DNA of 64,000 bases, from positions 102,672,001 to 102,736,000 of the forward strand of contig JAGIQG010000009.1 in assembly GCA_024679065.1 (NCBI GenBank), written 5' to 3'. The translations under genes and the position numbers were made by a program. The notes under the pieces are model-generated. The model was not told the DNA's origin, searched no databases, and worked only from the letters and a program-made list of their open reading frames with translations. This document shows, one piece after another, positions 26,401 through 37,027 of the stretch (positions are counted from its first letter, which is position 1; each line of letters begins with the position of its first letter). The DNA comes from Sphyrna mokarran. Lineage: Eukaryota.

Positions 26401-29400
26401 CAGAAACAGACCATCTGGGCTGAAATGGTCTCATTCATTACAAATGCTTCAGTCAAATCTCTCTTCATCCTTTATCAGCTAACTGTTACAGCATAACCCT
26501 TCCATTCCCTCTCACGTGGTTAACCTAAACTTTTTCCTAAGTGTTTTTGATATTGTTCACATTGATGCATTCACTTCAAAATATGACTAAAGAGGTTTCT
26601 TGGGAATTGCATGGAGCCAGAGAGATGGGCAGAGTATTAAATGAATACTCGGTGGATGATGGGATCAAAAAGAAGGAGGTAATAGGGTTCTTGAGAAACA
26701 TTAAGATAGACAAGTCCCCAGCATCTCATGAGTGAGGCAAGGGAGTAAATGTTGGGGCCTTAAAAGAAATCTTTGTATCTTCACTGGCTACAGGGGAGTT
26801 CCCAGAGGATTGGAGAATAGCCAATGTTGTTCATTTGTTAAGAAGGATAACAAGAATAATCCAAGAAATTACAGGCCGGTGAGCCTTACATCTGTCGTAG
26901 GAAAATTATCGGAGAGGCTTTATTCCCACTTGGAAATAAGTGGATGTATTAGTGGGGGGCAACATGATTTTGTGAGGAAGAGATTGCGTCTCATTAACTT
27001 GATTGAGTTTTTTGAGGAAGAGATGAAAATGATGAGGGTAGGGTGGTGGATGTTGTCTATATGGACTTCAGTAAGGCCTTTGACAAGGTCTCTCATGGCA
27101 GACTGGTGCAGAAGGTGAAGTTGCTTGGGATCAGAGATGAGCTGGCAGGGTGTATACAAAACTGGGTTGGTCAAATAAGACAAAGGGAATGGAGGACTGT
27201 GACAAGTGGCATTCCCCAAGGATCAGTGCTGGGAACTTTGCTGTTTGTAATATATAAATGATTTGGGGGAAAATGTAACTGGATTGGTTAGTAAGTTTGC
27301 GGATGACATAAAGGTTGGTGGATTTGCGGATAGTGATGAGGACCATCAGTGGAATTAGCAGGATATAGATCAGTTGGGGACTTGGGCGGAGAGATGGCAG
27401 TTGGAGTTTAATCTGGACAAACGTGAGGTAATGCATTTAGGAAGGTCTAATACAGATAAGAAATATACAGTAAATGGCAGAACCCTTAAGAATATTGATA
27501 GGCAAAGAGACCTATATGTACAGGTATACAAATCACTGAAAGTGGCAATGCAGTTGAGAAGGTAGTCAAGAAGGCATATGGCATGCTTGCTTTCATCAGC
27601 TGGGGTATTGAATTTAAAAATTGGCAAGTTATATTACAGCTTTATGGAAACTTAGTTCAGCCACACTTGGAATATAGTGTTCAATTCTGGTCGCCACACT
27701 ACCAGAAGAATATGGAGGCTTTGCAGAGGGTAGAGAAAAAATTTAATGCCCTCTGTACCAGGTTACCTGGTATGGAGGGCATTAACTATGAGGAGAGGTT
27801 GGAGAAACTTGGTTTGTTTTCACTGGAACGACGGAAGCTGAAGGGAGATCTGACAGATTGAGAGGCATGGACAGAGGGAATAGAACATAGAACATTACAG
27901 CGCAGAACAGGCCCTTCGGCCCTCGATGTTGTGCCGACCAATTAAGAAAAAGCAATGACCCTCTAACCTAAACCATTCCCTTTTCATCCATAAACCTATC
28001 CACGGACCTCTTAAACGCCCCCAAACTTGGCGCATCTACAACTGCAGCAGGCAGGACATTCCATACCCTTACCACCCTCTGGGTAAAGAACCTACCTCTG
28101 ACATACGTCCTAGAACTACCACCCCTTAATTTAAAGCTATGTCCCCTCATGCTAGCTTTCTCTATCCGAGGAAAAAGGCTATCACTGTCCACCCTATCTA
28201 AACCTATAATCATCTTGTATGTTTCAATAAGGTCTCCTCTTAGCTGCCTTCTTTCTAATGAAAACAACCCCAAATCCCTCAGCCTCTCCTCATTAGACCT
28301 TCCCTCCATACCAGGCAACATCCTGGTAAACCTCCTCTGCACCCTTTCCAATGCCTCCACATCTTTCTTATAATGTGGGGACCAGAACTGTACACAATAC
28401 TCCAAGTGCGGCCGCACCAGAGTCCTGTACAGTTGCAACATGATGTTGCGGCTCCAAAATTCAATCCCCCTACCAATAAAAGCCAAGACTCCGTACGCCT
28501 TCTTAACAACCTTATCGACTTGATTGCCAAGTCAGAAGCATTTGCCCAGAATGGAAGAGTAAATTACTCAGGGGCATTGGTTTAAGATGCGAGGGGCAAG
28601 GTTTAAAGGAGATATACGAGGCAGATGTTTTATACAGAAATTATGGGTACCTGGAACTCATTGCCGGGGGCGGTATTGGAAGCGGATGTGGTAATGACTT
28701 TTAAAGGGCACCTTGACAAGTACATAAATAGAATGGGAATAGAGGGATATGGTCCCCAGAAGGATAGGGAGTTTTAGTTAAGTCGGGCAACATGGTCAGT
28801 GCAGGCTTGGAGGGCCGAAGGGCCTGTTCGTGTGGTGTAATTTTCTTTGTTCTTTCAATTCCCTGTTCAATTTCTTGGCGACTAACTTCTATTGATGGAT
28901 TCCATTTGCTCTGCTTGACCTGTGGAGCCATTCCCTCTGTGTCTAACCTATAAAAACCTATCATCGTTTTAAAGGCTTCTTTTGAGGTCACTCCCTCAGT
29001 CTCTTCTTTTCAATAAAAGAGAGACTAATGTTACTCACTTCCCAAATGAAAGCCAGAGGGGGACCCACAGCTTGTCATTCCTATCCCCTGCATTTCAGAC
29101 TGTTGGATCATTTAGCTTTGGCGAATACAGGGAGTGTGAAAGCAGCTGTGTATGGTTCCGAGACCTCAATTTTAGAGCTGGTGTCTTATCATAAAAAAAG
29201 AGACACAAAATGAAGCGTTGGCTCCAGGCCACTCAGCAGTTTGTTCAATTGGTGAACACCGAGGATCAAGAGGGCATAAGAGTAGACATGATGGGCCAAA
29301 ATTGCCTCCTTCAGCACCATAACAATTTTGCGGACCATTGCTAATGCAAAGTGGGAAGAACACTGAGCAGGAAAAAATACCCAATTCAAAAAGGAATGAC

Positions 29401-32400
29401 ACTTGGAAGTTGTTATTTTCTAGTTTAAGCTTAAGTTTATTTATTAGTGTCACAAATAGGCATACATCAACACTACCCTGTGAAAATCCCCGAGTTGCCT
29501 CAATCTGGTGCCTGTTTGGGTACGCTGAGGGAGGATTTAGCCCAGCCAATGCAACTACCCAGCATATCTTTAGAGTGTGGGAGGAATCTGGAGCACCCGG
29601 AGGAAACCCATACAGACACGGATAGAACGTGCAGATTCCGTACAGACAGTAGCAAGTCGAATCCGGATCCCTGGTGCTGTGGGCAGCAGTGCTAACCATT
29701 GTGCTGCCATGCCACCTTGGTTCGAATACAACCAATGGGTGCGATCTTATCACTCATTCATGCCATGCTCCAGCTGCGAGGGAGATGGATAATTTGGCGA
29801 CAAGCCAAATCTCTGTTCACTGCAGTGGGATTGGGGAATCCCGCTGGCAAGAATAATTGGAAGATTCCAGACTCTGGTTTAAGCAAATGTATTCCTGACA
29901 GAGTTATTACTACTTCGGCACCAGATTAATAGAGCATGTTCTGATGCAGTGCATTTTGGACAATGAATTCTATTCATGTAACGTATAATTATATTTTATT
30001 AAATACCAACCCTGCTATTATATATCAACCTTTTTGAATGAACTGTGTTGTGTTATATCATGTCTTATCTCAGTTTTAACTATATTATGATAAGCATTAA
30101 GTTGTGTGCTAATTGGAACTGCACTTTGTAAATTTATATGATGTTATCTATTGCAGGTAATGAATGTGAACCAGTCGACAATCTACAAACAAATCTAATT
30201 TTTACTGCAGTGGTGCCATTCATTTTAGTTTTTATTCTTTTTGCTAGTTGCATCATGTGTAAGTAATGTTGATGTGGTTACAGATTGTATCAAAACTATT
30301 GTAATGCATGCAAAGGACTTTGATTGAGTGAGATTTTCTACTTCACTCACTCTCCACTACAACAGCAGTGTATATTATACCATATTTGCTAACTCATATC
30401 ACTTTGTGTACAATGGCTACCAATACATGTGACAACAATAAATTAAATCAAATCTCTGCCAACCAGCAACCTGGCCTTGGTCCCCAACTGAACTTCATGA
30501 TCCCTGTTGAACTTTGGACTTCTCTCCATGCCACTCACCATCCCCCTCTCCCCCCTGCCTTCTCTCCTGCCACCCCCACCACCCAATTCCCATTCTATTC
30601 TCATTCTGTCTTTTCCAGTCTTATTTTGCTCCTCACTCCCCCCCCTTAATCTGTTGTACTTGATTTCGTTTCCACTTGAAGAATTCGTCTGTCAAACATG
30701 GTACACCCATTTTCTTGTTTTGACATCTCTATCTCCTTCATCACCCATGGATGATGACGTGACGTTCACACCTTGTCAGAACGTCCTTACCCTGTTCATC
30801 TCAAACACCTCTTCCTAAAGATCACCCCTTGTTCCATTGCAATGTTTCCTATCTGTTCTTGGTTCCATTCTACCCTGTCTAGTTCCAATCCCATCACATT
30901 GAAGTTCCAATTTGGAAATATTTTATTCAATTGCTCTTTGCTCTTCTCCATTACTAAACCAGACCTAATGATATGAAAGCCTTTTAAAAGTCTTTTTTAC
31001 TCCATTCTTAAAGTTCCAAATCCTATGCTCAGAGTGGACCTGGTATTCCAAAATCCATTCCTTTCTTGCTCCAAAAACCAAATTCCAATTCCAATTGAAT
31101 CCGACTCACGATGTCCAAAAGAGAGGAAAACAAGATCCAAGCTGATGAGATAAGGCACTGCACCCCTTCTTGGCTTGATCTGATGCTTGATCTAGCCAAA
31201 AGGCCAAGAAGCCTGAAGATATGGTATCATACGATATGAAAGGCTTATAATGTGAAAGGCAAGAACCTTATAATATAGTCATTCTTACCCAACTGTTCCC
31301 ACAAAGGCACTTAGGGAGGAATTTTCACCTCCCATCTGTCAAGGGAAACCTACGCAGACACAGGGAGAATATGCAAACTCCACACAGACTGCCACCCAAG
31401 GTTGGAATTGAACCTGTGTCCTTGGCATTGTGAGACAGCGTGCTAACTATTGTGCCACACTGGTTGCTGACCCTAAGACCAAAGCACGATATCCTCAAGC
31501 ATGGAAATGATGCTCATCTCTTAACAGTTTTTGTGAAATTAATTGGCTACTTTAGCTGAGGGATTGAAATAACTAGGCTAATAAATATAATGGAGTAAGA
31601 GAATTTCATATGACCTGTTCAGCTGGGTGGCGCAGTGGCACAGTGGTTGGCATATTGCCATATAACGCCAGGGACCCAGATTCAACTCCTGGCTTGGGTC
31701 ACAGTTTTTGCGGAGTTTACACATTCTGACTGAGTCTGCGTGGGCTTTCTCCGCGTGCTCCAGTTTCCTTCCACAGTCTGAATGATGTGCTGGTTAGGTA
31801 GATTGGCCGCTCTAAATTCTCCCTCAGTGCACCCCAATAAGCGATGGAGTGTGGCGACTAGGGGATTTTCACAGTAACTTCATGCCTACTCATGACAGTA
31901 ATAAATAAAACGTTAAAAATAACTTAAAACATAGTCATACTATATGGCAAAAATTAAAAGACAACTTGTTTTGTGTTTGAAAGAATTTATGGGCTGTTAT
32001 TTTAATAATCTTTTCTTTGAAAAACCTTTGCTCAGTTCATTCTGTCATTGACACAACTCGTCATATTTGTATGTTCACCACCAACAGATAGAAAATGGAA
32101 GACACGGAGAACTCAAACCCTAACTCCAAACCCAACTGTCAAAGAGGCGGATGAACGTGAATGTACTGTAAGTATTGGTTTAAATGCAGGTGGCAAGTTA
32201 GAAATGCATCTGGGTGTCTGAAACTTTGGTAAATGGACACTTCCCATGTTATTATAGTCCAGAGATGAAATTATGCTTTCATTTTGCTGTTAAAATGTAA
32301 TTTGTAAGGAAATATGGATGTGTTCCTGTATTGAGCAAAATGCATACCAATAGTGCTAGCTGCAGGCAGTACACCTCAGGAATTATTTTTCCTAAATTGT

Positions 32401-35400
32401 GCCCTGTTTAACATTCAACCGGGCAATTAAAATAGTCTGTCACCTTGGTACAGTAAAGAAGCTAAATGGTATGTTGGCCTTTATAGCAAGAGAATTTGAG
32501 TACAGGAATAGGGATGTCTTGTTGCAATTATATAGGGCGTTGATGAGGCCACACTTGGAGTATTATGTACAGGTTTGGTGTCCTTATATGGTGGAGGATC
32601 CCTTAGCTTTAGAAGGAATACAACAAAAGTTTACCAGGCTGATTCCCGGGATGGCAGATCTGTCATATGAAGAGAGACTTAGTCAGTTAGGATTATATTC
32701 ATTGGATTTTAGGAGAGTGAGAGGGAATCTTATGGAAGTTTATAAAATTCTAATTGGATTAGACAGAGTAGATTCAGAAAGAATGTTTCTGAATGGTGGG
32801 AGAGTCCAGAACTAGGGATCATCGTTTGAGGATAAGGGGCACACCTTTTAGGGCTGAGGTGAGAAGAAATTTCTTCACCAGAGGGTGGTGAATCTATAGA
32901 ATTCACTACCACAGAAAGTAGTCGAGGCTGAAAGTTTCGAAAAGAAATTAGATGTAGCTCTTGGGGCTAAAGGGATCAAGGGATATGGGGGAAATAGGAG
33001 AACAGGATATTGAATTTGATGATCAGCCATGCTCAAAGTGAATGGCGGCAGAGCAGGTTGAAGAGCAGAATGCGATTAAATTAATAGCCTAGTGTTTGAT
33101 ACCAATTAAAATTTTATCACCAATTTTCCCTTATCTAATTGCAAAAAGTGCAATTGTAAATTAGGTGCAAAATTGAGAGAAAGGGTAAATACTGAAAGTG
33201 CTGCATTTATACAGAGGATTTATATTGCAATATTAAACACTGTGTATTGCTGCATAGCCCATAATAAAAATATTTAATGTTAATGCTAGACTGCATTAAA
33301 ATTTGAATGATAAAATGCTGGGGCAGCACAGTGGCACAGGGGTTAGCACTACTGCCTCACAATGCCAGGGACACAGGTTCAACTCCTGTCTCGGGTCACT
33401 ATCTGTATGAAGTCTGCACATTCTCCCCGTGTCTGCGCGGGTTTCCTCCGGATGCTCGATTTCCTCCCACAGTTGCAATGATGTGCATATTAGGTTGATT
33501 GGCAATGCTGAATTGACCCTAGTATCAAGGAATTAGCAGGGTAAATGTGTGGGATTATGGGGATGAGGCCTGGATGGGATTGTGGTTGGCGCAGACTTGA
33601 TGGGCTGAATGGCCTCCATCTGCACAGAAGGGATTCTATGTTTATGTCTGAGGAAAATCGATAAGTTTAATATATTATCATCCATAACCCCTACATCCTT
33701 CCAAATAATTTTTACACTAATACAAGATAAATGGAGCAAACAGCCAATGTAAATTTTTAATTTTATAAACACTCCCTAATTTCCTTTTAAACACCTCTGC
33801 CCTAATATCATCGATACTTCTTTAACACTGGAAATGTTCAGGTGTTACAATAAGGACCTGATTATTTAAGATATAAGGTTCCATACCAAATCTCGTTTGA
33901 ATTTTTTTGTGTAGAGTTTACTCAACAGTGAGAGTATATCAGTGGCTACTTCATCTGTGCTGATAAAATGGTTCATACGTTATCACTATTTTTTTTAAAG
34001 ACTTTAACGTTTTGTTGTCCCCAAATCTAAATAAATAGAACTTTCATATTCCTTAACTTTTATTCTTTACTACTAGAGAATCCAGGGGAGGCGATGGTAT
34101 GGTGGCGATGTCGCTGAACTAGCAATTTGGCGATCCAGAATAATGCCCAGGGTCCCAATTTCAATAGGGATCTGGAATCTGGTTCACTAAAGTCATTTAG
34201 GGAAAGAAATCTGCCATCCTTGCCTTGTCTGATCTCCATGTGACCCTAGATCCATAGGAATGGCCTAGCCACCCGGTTCAAGAGCAATGTTTTTCTTCAT
34301 TCATTGGACATGGGCATTATTGGCTGGTCAATTTTCTTTGTCCATCACTAGTTGCCCTTGAACTGAGTGGCTCTGCTAAGCTATTTCAGAGAGCAGTTAA
34401 AGAGTCAACCACATTGCTGTGGTTATGGAGTCACATGTATACATGTTTTCCATTTCAGTTATTCCTGTAGTAGTTACCCAAATCCTGCCATCTGTTACAG
34501 CTATTATATTCCTTTAGTTTGTTATACTTCAAATGGCAAATTGCAAATCATGTTGCAGCAACATAAAAGCTTAGTTAGGCTGCAGTTAGGGTATTTGCAT
34601 GCACTTCTGTTTGCAACAGTACCAAAAGGACATGGATGCTTTGGAGAGAGTGCGAAGAAGGTTCACCAGGATATTACCTGGTCTCGAGACCCATACCCAC
34701 ATCCCATGAACTAAGAGATAAATAGTGGTTCACCAGGAGGATCTTCAAGCCAGGGATTAAACAGGCATTTATAATTAAGATTTAGTTACAAGAAATTAAC
34801 ATATACTAATCAAATATGTACATTTACACAAAAGCTATATTAAAATATCCAATCACAACTGTCAGTTACACCATGCATAACGTAAGGGTATAATTGGCTA
34901 ATTAGAATTTGTGCACATCTATTGAATTGTAATATCACCAAGCATGTATTTCTTTCTACACAGTTGTGAAGTTCTCTTTCTAACCAGCTGTTCATCGACC
35001 TCCCTGTCCCATTGTCTCTTGTTAGAACAGATGCTAGAAGTTGTCAATGTGCATAATTGTGTGTAGTATTATGGCTCTTGATCCTCATATACATCTGCTT
35101 TAGTCAAGACCTGTGGTTTTCTCAGTCTAGGATCTTGCGGTTTATGTGATTTTTAAACTAGTATGATTGTTAACCCTTTCACCATGCTCGTATAGAAAGT
35201 GCCATCGGAAAGGGAATGGGTGTCAAAGGTGACTGAGAAGTGGACTATGTTTTGGAGGGAGCATTTCCTTCAGAATTCTGAATAGGGAGGGCAAAGAAAG
35301 ATCTGTTTACTGGTGGCACCACACTCTGGAGATCACAGAAATGGAAGAGGCTGGTGGGGTGGAAGCTGAGGGCAAGGATATCATATCATGCTTCTGGGAG

Positions 35401-37027
35401 CGAGGAGAAAAAGTGAGACAGAAGTGCAGAAAATAGATTGAACACATAAAGGACCCTGTCAATTATGTTGAGAGGAATCTCGGTTGAGAACAAGTAAGAC
35501 AGATCATAGAAGAAGGCCATTCAGCCCATTAAGTCTGCACTAACAACAATTCCACCCAGGTCCTATCATCATAACCCAATGCATTTACCCTACTAATTTC
35601 CCTGACTCTAACAGACAATTGACCAGGTCAATCCATCTAACTTGTACGTCTTTGGAGCGCAGAAGGAAAACAGAGCACCCACATGAAACCCACACAGACA
35701 TGGGAAGAGACCAGAAGACCGAGACATTAACAGGTTTCAGACTTTTGAACGGACCTACCTCCACATTTAGTTGACCTTTCTCTATACCCTAGCTAAGACT
35801 GCAACATTGCATTCTGCACTCTCTCATTTCTTTCTATATGAATGGTATGCTTATCTGTATAGCGGACGAAAAACAATATTTTTTATTGTATGTTAATACA
35901 TGTGACAATAATCAAATCAAATCAACTCAGGTGTGACAGAGATGGAGAAACTAAGAGAATGGAATAGATTCCTGACAGGAACCTGGGTGTGAGCATAAAT
36001 CGTCAAAGTAGCTGTGAAAATCCATGGGCTTGTGAATGTTAGCTCATAGCCTATCTCCAGAAACAGATGTAGAGAAGCCAAGGAAAGAAAGGGATGGGTT
36101 ACTGATGGGTAACGTGAAGGTGAGACAAAAGTGTAAATTGGGGAAAATAAAGCCAATGAACTCTTCCAGTTCAAGGTGAGAGCAGCGAGAGACATTGGTA
36201 TATTTATCAGTGCACCAGAGAAGGAGGTGAGGAAAGGAGGCCTGAGTAGGACTGCAACAAGGAATGTCCCACCTATCCTTGGCAGGCACGGTTCAGACCC
36301 ATGCAAGTATCCGCACCTTGGAGGAAGTGCATGGATTGGAATGAGAAGTAATTGATGTGAGAATAAGCCCAACCAGGTGGAATAGGGTGATGGCAGTTGG
36401 GGACTGGTTGGTTCTCTAGTCAAAGAAGAAAAGTAGATCTGGTGGGCAGTGGAGGATTAATGAGATTGAATATTTGTAGTGAAAAGAATCATATAGTGCA
36501 AAAGGAGACCATTCATCCCATCAAGTCTGCACCAACCACAGTCTGATTGCAGCCCCATCCCCGTAACCCCAAGCATTTACCGCAGCCTGTCCCTTGACAC
36601 TAAGGGGCAATTTAGCATGGCCAATTCACCTAACCCGCACACCGTTTGGATTGTGGGAGCAAACCGGAGCACCTGGAGAAAACCCATGCAGATGCAATGA
36701 GAATGTGCAAACTCCACACAGCAATGACCCAAGTCAGGAATTGAACTTGGATCCCTGTGTTATGAGGCAGCAGCACTAACCACTGTGCCACACTGCTGCT
36801 CAGAAGAGTAAGGCTCCGAAAAATGGAGATTGTTGAAGCAACAAGGTGAGAGCGTCGGGATAGGAAGGCATCTGTTCACCATGTAGAAACTCACTGCAGC
36901 AATAGGTTTTCTGGGTCTCTTTTATTCAGCTGTTTCTGACACCTTTTTCTCTTTTGTTCCGTAGGAGCTGGTGGTGAAGAGTTGCTCTGAATCTGGTACT
37001 ACTGTTCCTGGTGCAGAAATTGCTTAA
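11164..37027 (+). CDS. Gene A: spliced IgV-IgC2-5TM membrane protein (HEPACAM/CD2-like ectodomain, CD47-like multi-pass domain); 9 coding exons plus an uncertain leader
   Basis: Exons 11164-11469, 19151-19414, 20389-20487, 21206-21289, 24468-24572, 25247-25345, 30157-30258, 32088-32167, 36965-37027 all have AG/GT boundaries with matching phases and join into one stop-free frame (1202 nt incl. TAA; about 415-427 aa depending on leader). Confidence 0.8.
12862..13170 (+). mobile_element. V-SINE subfamily with an alternative 3' tail
   Basis: Same head and core, but tail ..ttctccctc..ggcgccggagtgtg..gcagtgttaatgtaa..aataaataaac; also 22697-23020, 29430-29712 (-), 31625-31910, 38968-39242 (-), 39503-39800, 46242-46522 (-), 49425-49705, 57682-57968. 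Confidence 0.88.
13968..14360 (-). mobile_element. Rex1/Babar LINE 3' fragment
   Basis: KAASIIKDP..HSVFHLLPS, AATAAATCAAATC tail; related copies near 14780-14930, 35740-35920 (+), 51540-51770. Confidence 0.8.
15286..15640 (+). mobile_element. SacSINE1/DeuSINE-type SINE
   Basis: gtcactgga..ggttcaaatccca..agatggtgaaatttgaatt..gggaaggaaatct..gggatgggcaa; other copies 2716-2910, 18413-18740, 23360-23620, 34085-34290, 44925-45265 (-), 59208-59545, 62855-63185 (-). Family name assigned from memory. Confidence 0.75.
15724..15999. mobile_element. Penelope pLTR-derived inverted-repeat insert
   Basis: Arms approx. 15767-15866 and 15884-15999; decayed TSD caggtgtgatg / cagatgttatg. Confidence 0.8.
15910..15947 (+). 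ncRNA. Minimal hammerhead ribozyme motif with one core mutation
   Basis: CTCAT-CTGATGA-A-GGGG-TAAA-CCCC-GAAG-GC-TA-GTGGG; GAAA mutated to GAAG. Confidence 0.5.
16400..17160 (-). mobile_element. CR1 3' fragment
   Basis: KKAFGTLAF..LQLYKTLVRPHLE followed by CR1 3' UTR. Confidence 0.9.
19151..19414 (+). CDS. Gene A IgC2/I-set exon
   Basis: ccccacag|AG...TAC A|gtgagt, phase 1-1, 264 bp; PLSEP..INLTC..QWQK..NSMLII..SDCGIYTCTMENPVS; canonical C-W-C plus an extra Cys in DCG. Confidence 0.93.
20389..20487 (+). CDS. Gene A TM1 exon
   Basis: tatttcag|GT...TCA A|gtaaga, 99 bp; SLHFYASPLSITALITVAVALILKIISFLKASS. Confidence 0.85.
21206..21289 (+). CDS. Gene A TM2 exon
   Basis: ttattccag|GC...GGA G|gtactg, 84 bp; SCKLLENLLQIVQCLSLIAISGYWIWIG; the donor is weaker than the others. 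Confidence 0.72.
24468..24572 (+). CDS. Gene A TM3 exon
   Basis: gcttttttaatag|GA...ACT T|gtaagt, 105 bp; GPDKKMVFVLVFFCLLAIPSVFLTCNRLIMTLNAT. Confidence 0.8.
25247..25345 (+). CDS. Gene A TM4 exon
   Basis: ttccttcccag|CT...GCT G|gtgagt, 99 bp; SRFLMLMDTVAATGEFSVFCTSVFLFVKPKLQA. Confidence 0.78.
26590..28860 (+). mobile_element. Degenerate CR1 ORF2, interrupted by a younger CR1
   Basis: NYRPVSLTSVVGK, DVVYMDFSKAFDKVSH, HLEYSVQFWSP; the sequence resumes near 28531 after the nested insert. Confidence 0.92.
27881..28520 (-). mobile_element. Younger CR1 3' fragment, same subfamily as 1-1349
   Basis: 172-aa ORF very similar to 505-1257; TAGAACA tail repeats. Confidence 0.95.
30157..30258 (+). 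CDS. Gene A extracellular loop + TM5 exon
   Basis: tctattgcag|GT...ATG T|gtaagt, 102 bp; GNECEPVDNLQTNLIFTAVVPFILVFILFASCIM. Confidence 0.82.
31186..31212 (-). pseudogene. U2 snRNA 5' fragment
   Basis: Reverse complement GCTTCTTGGCCTTTTGGCTAGATCAAG versus U2 GCTTCTCGGCCTTTTGGCTAAGATCAAG (1 substitution, 1 deletion). Confidence 0.7.
32088..32167 (+). CDS. Gene A cytoplasmic exon 1
   Basis: caccaacag|AT...ACT|gtaagt, phase 1-0, 80 bp; YRKWKTRRTQTLTPNPTVKEADERECT; basic stop-transfer cluster directly after TM5. Confidence 0.72.
32448..33070 (+). mobile_element. CR1 3' fragment
   Basis: LQLYRALMRPHLEYYVQVWCP..LSYEERL. Confidence 0.9.
35180..36900 (-). mobile_element. Old Penelope-like RT remnant interrupted by SINEs and a Rex tail
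   Basis: PHLLLWCTD..ELEEFIGF..LTFTLPISNPSLSFLGFSTSVSGDRL resembles the PLE RT region (RYIDD..LTFT..LPFLD). Confidence 0.7.
36965..37027 (+). CDS. Gene A terminal coding exon
   Basis: Long pyrimidine tract ...cttttgttccgtag|GAG, phase 0; ELVVKSCSESGTTVPGAEIA-TAA; AATAAA at 38876 and 38952 downstream. Confidence 0.6.
   Translation, partial: ELVVKSCSESGTTVPGAEIA

Noticed and set aside
33915-33998. Possible extra or alternative cytoplasmic exon of gene A (SLLNSESISVATSS..)
   Set aside because: Acceptor plausible but no phase-0 consensus donor; unresolved without transcripts.
11164-37027. Assigning the symbol CD47 or HEPACAM
   Set aside because: Domain content matches neither orthologue (two Ig domains and no V-domain disulfide versus CD47; multi-pass versus HEPACAM); only architectural or family-level resemblance is supportable.
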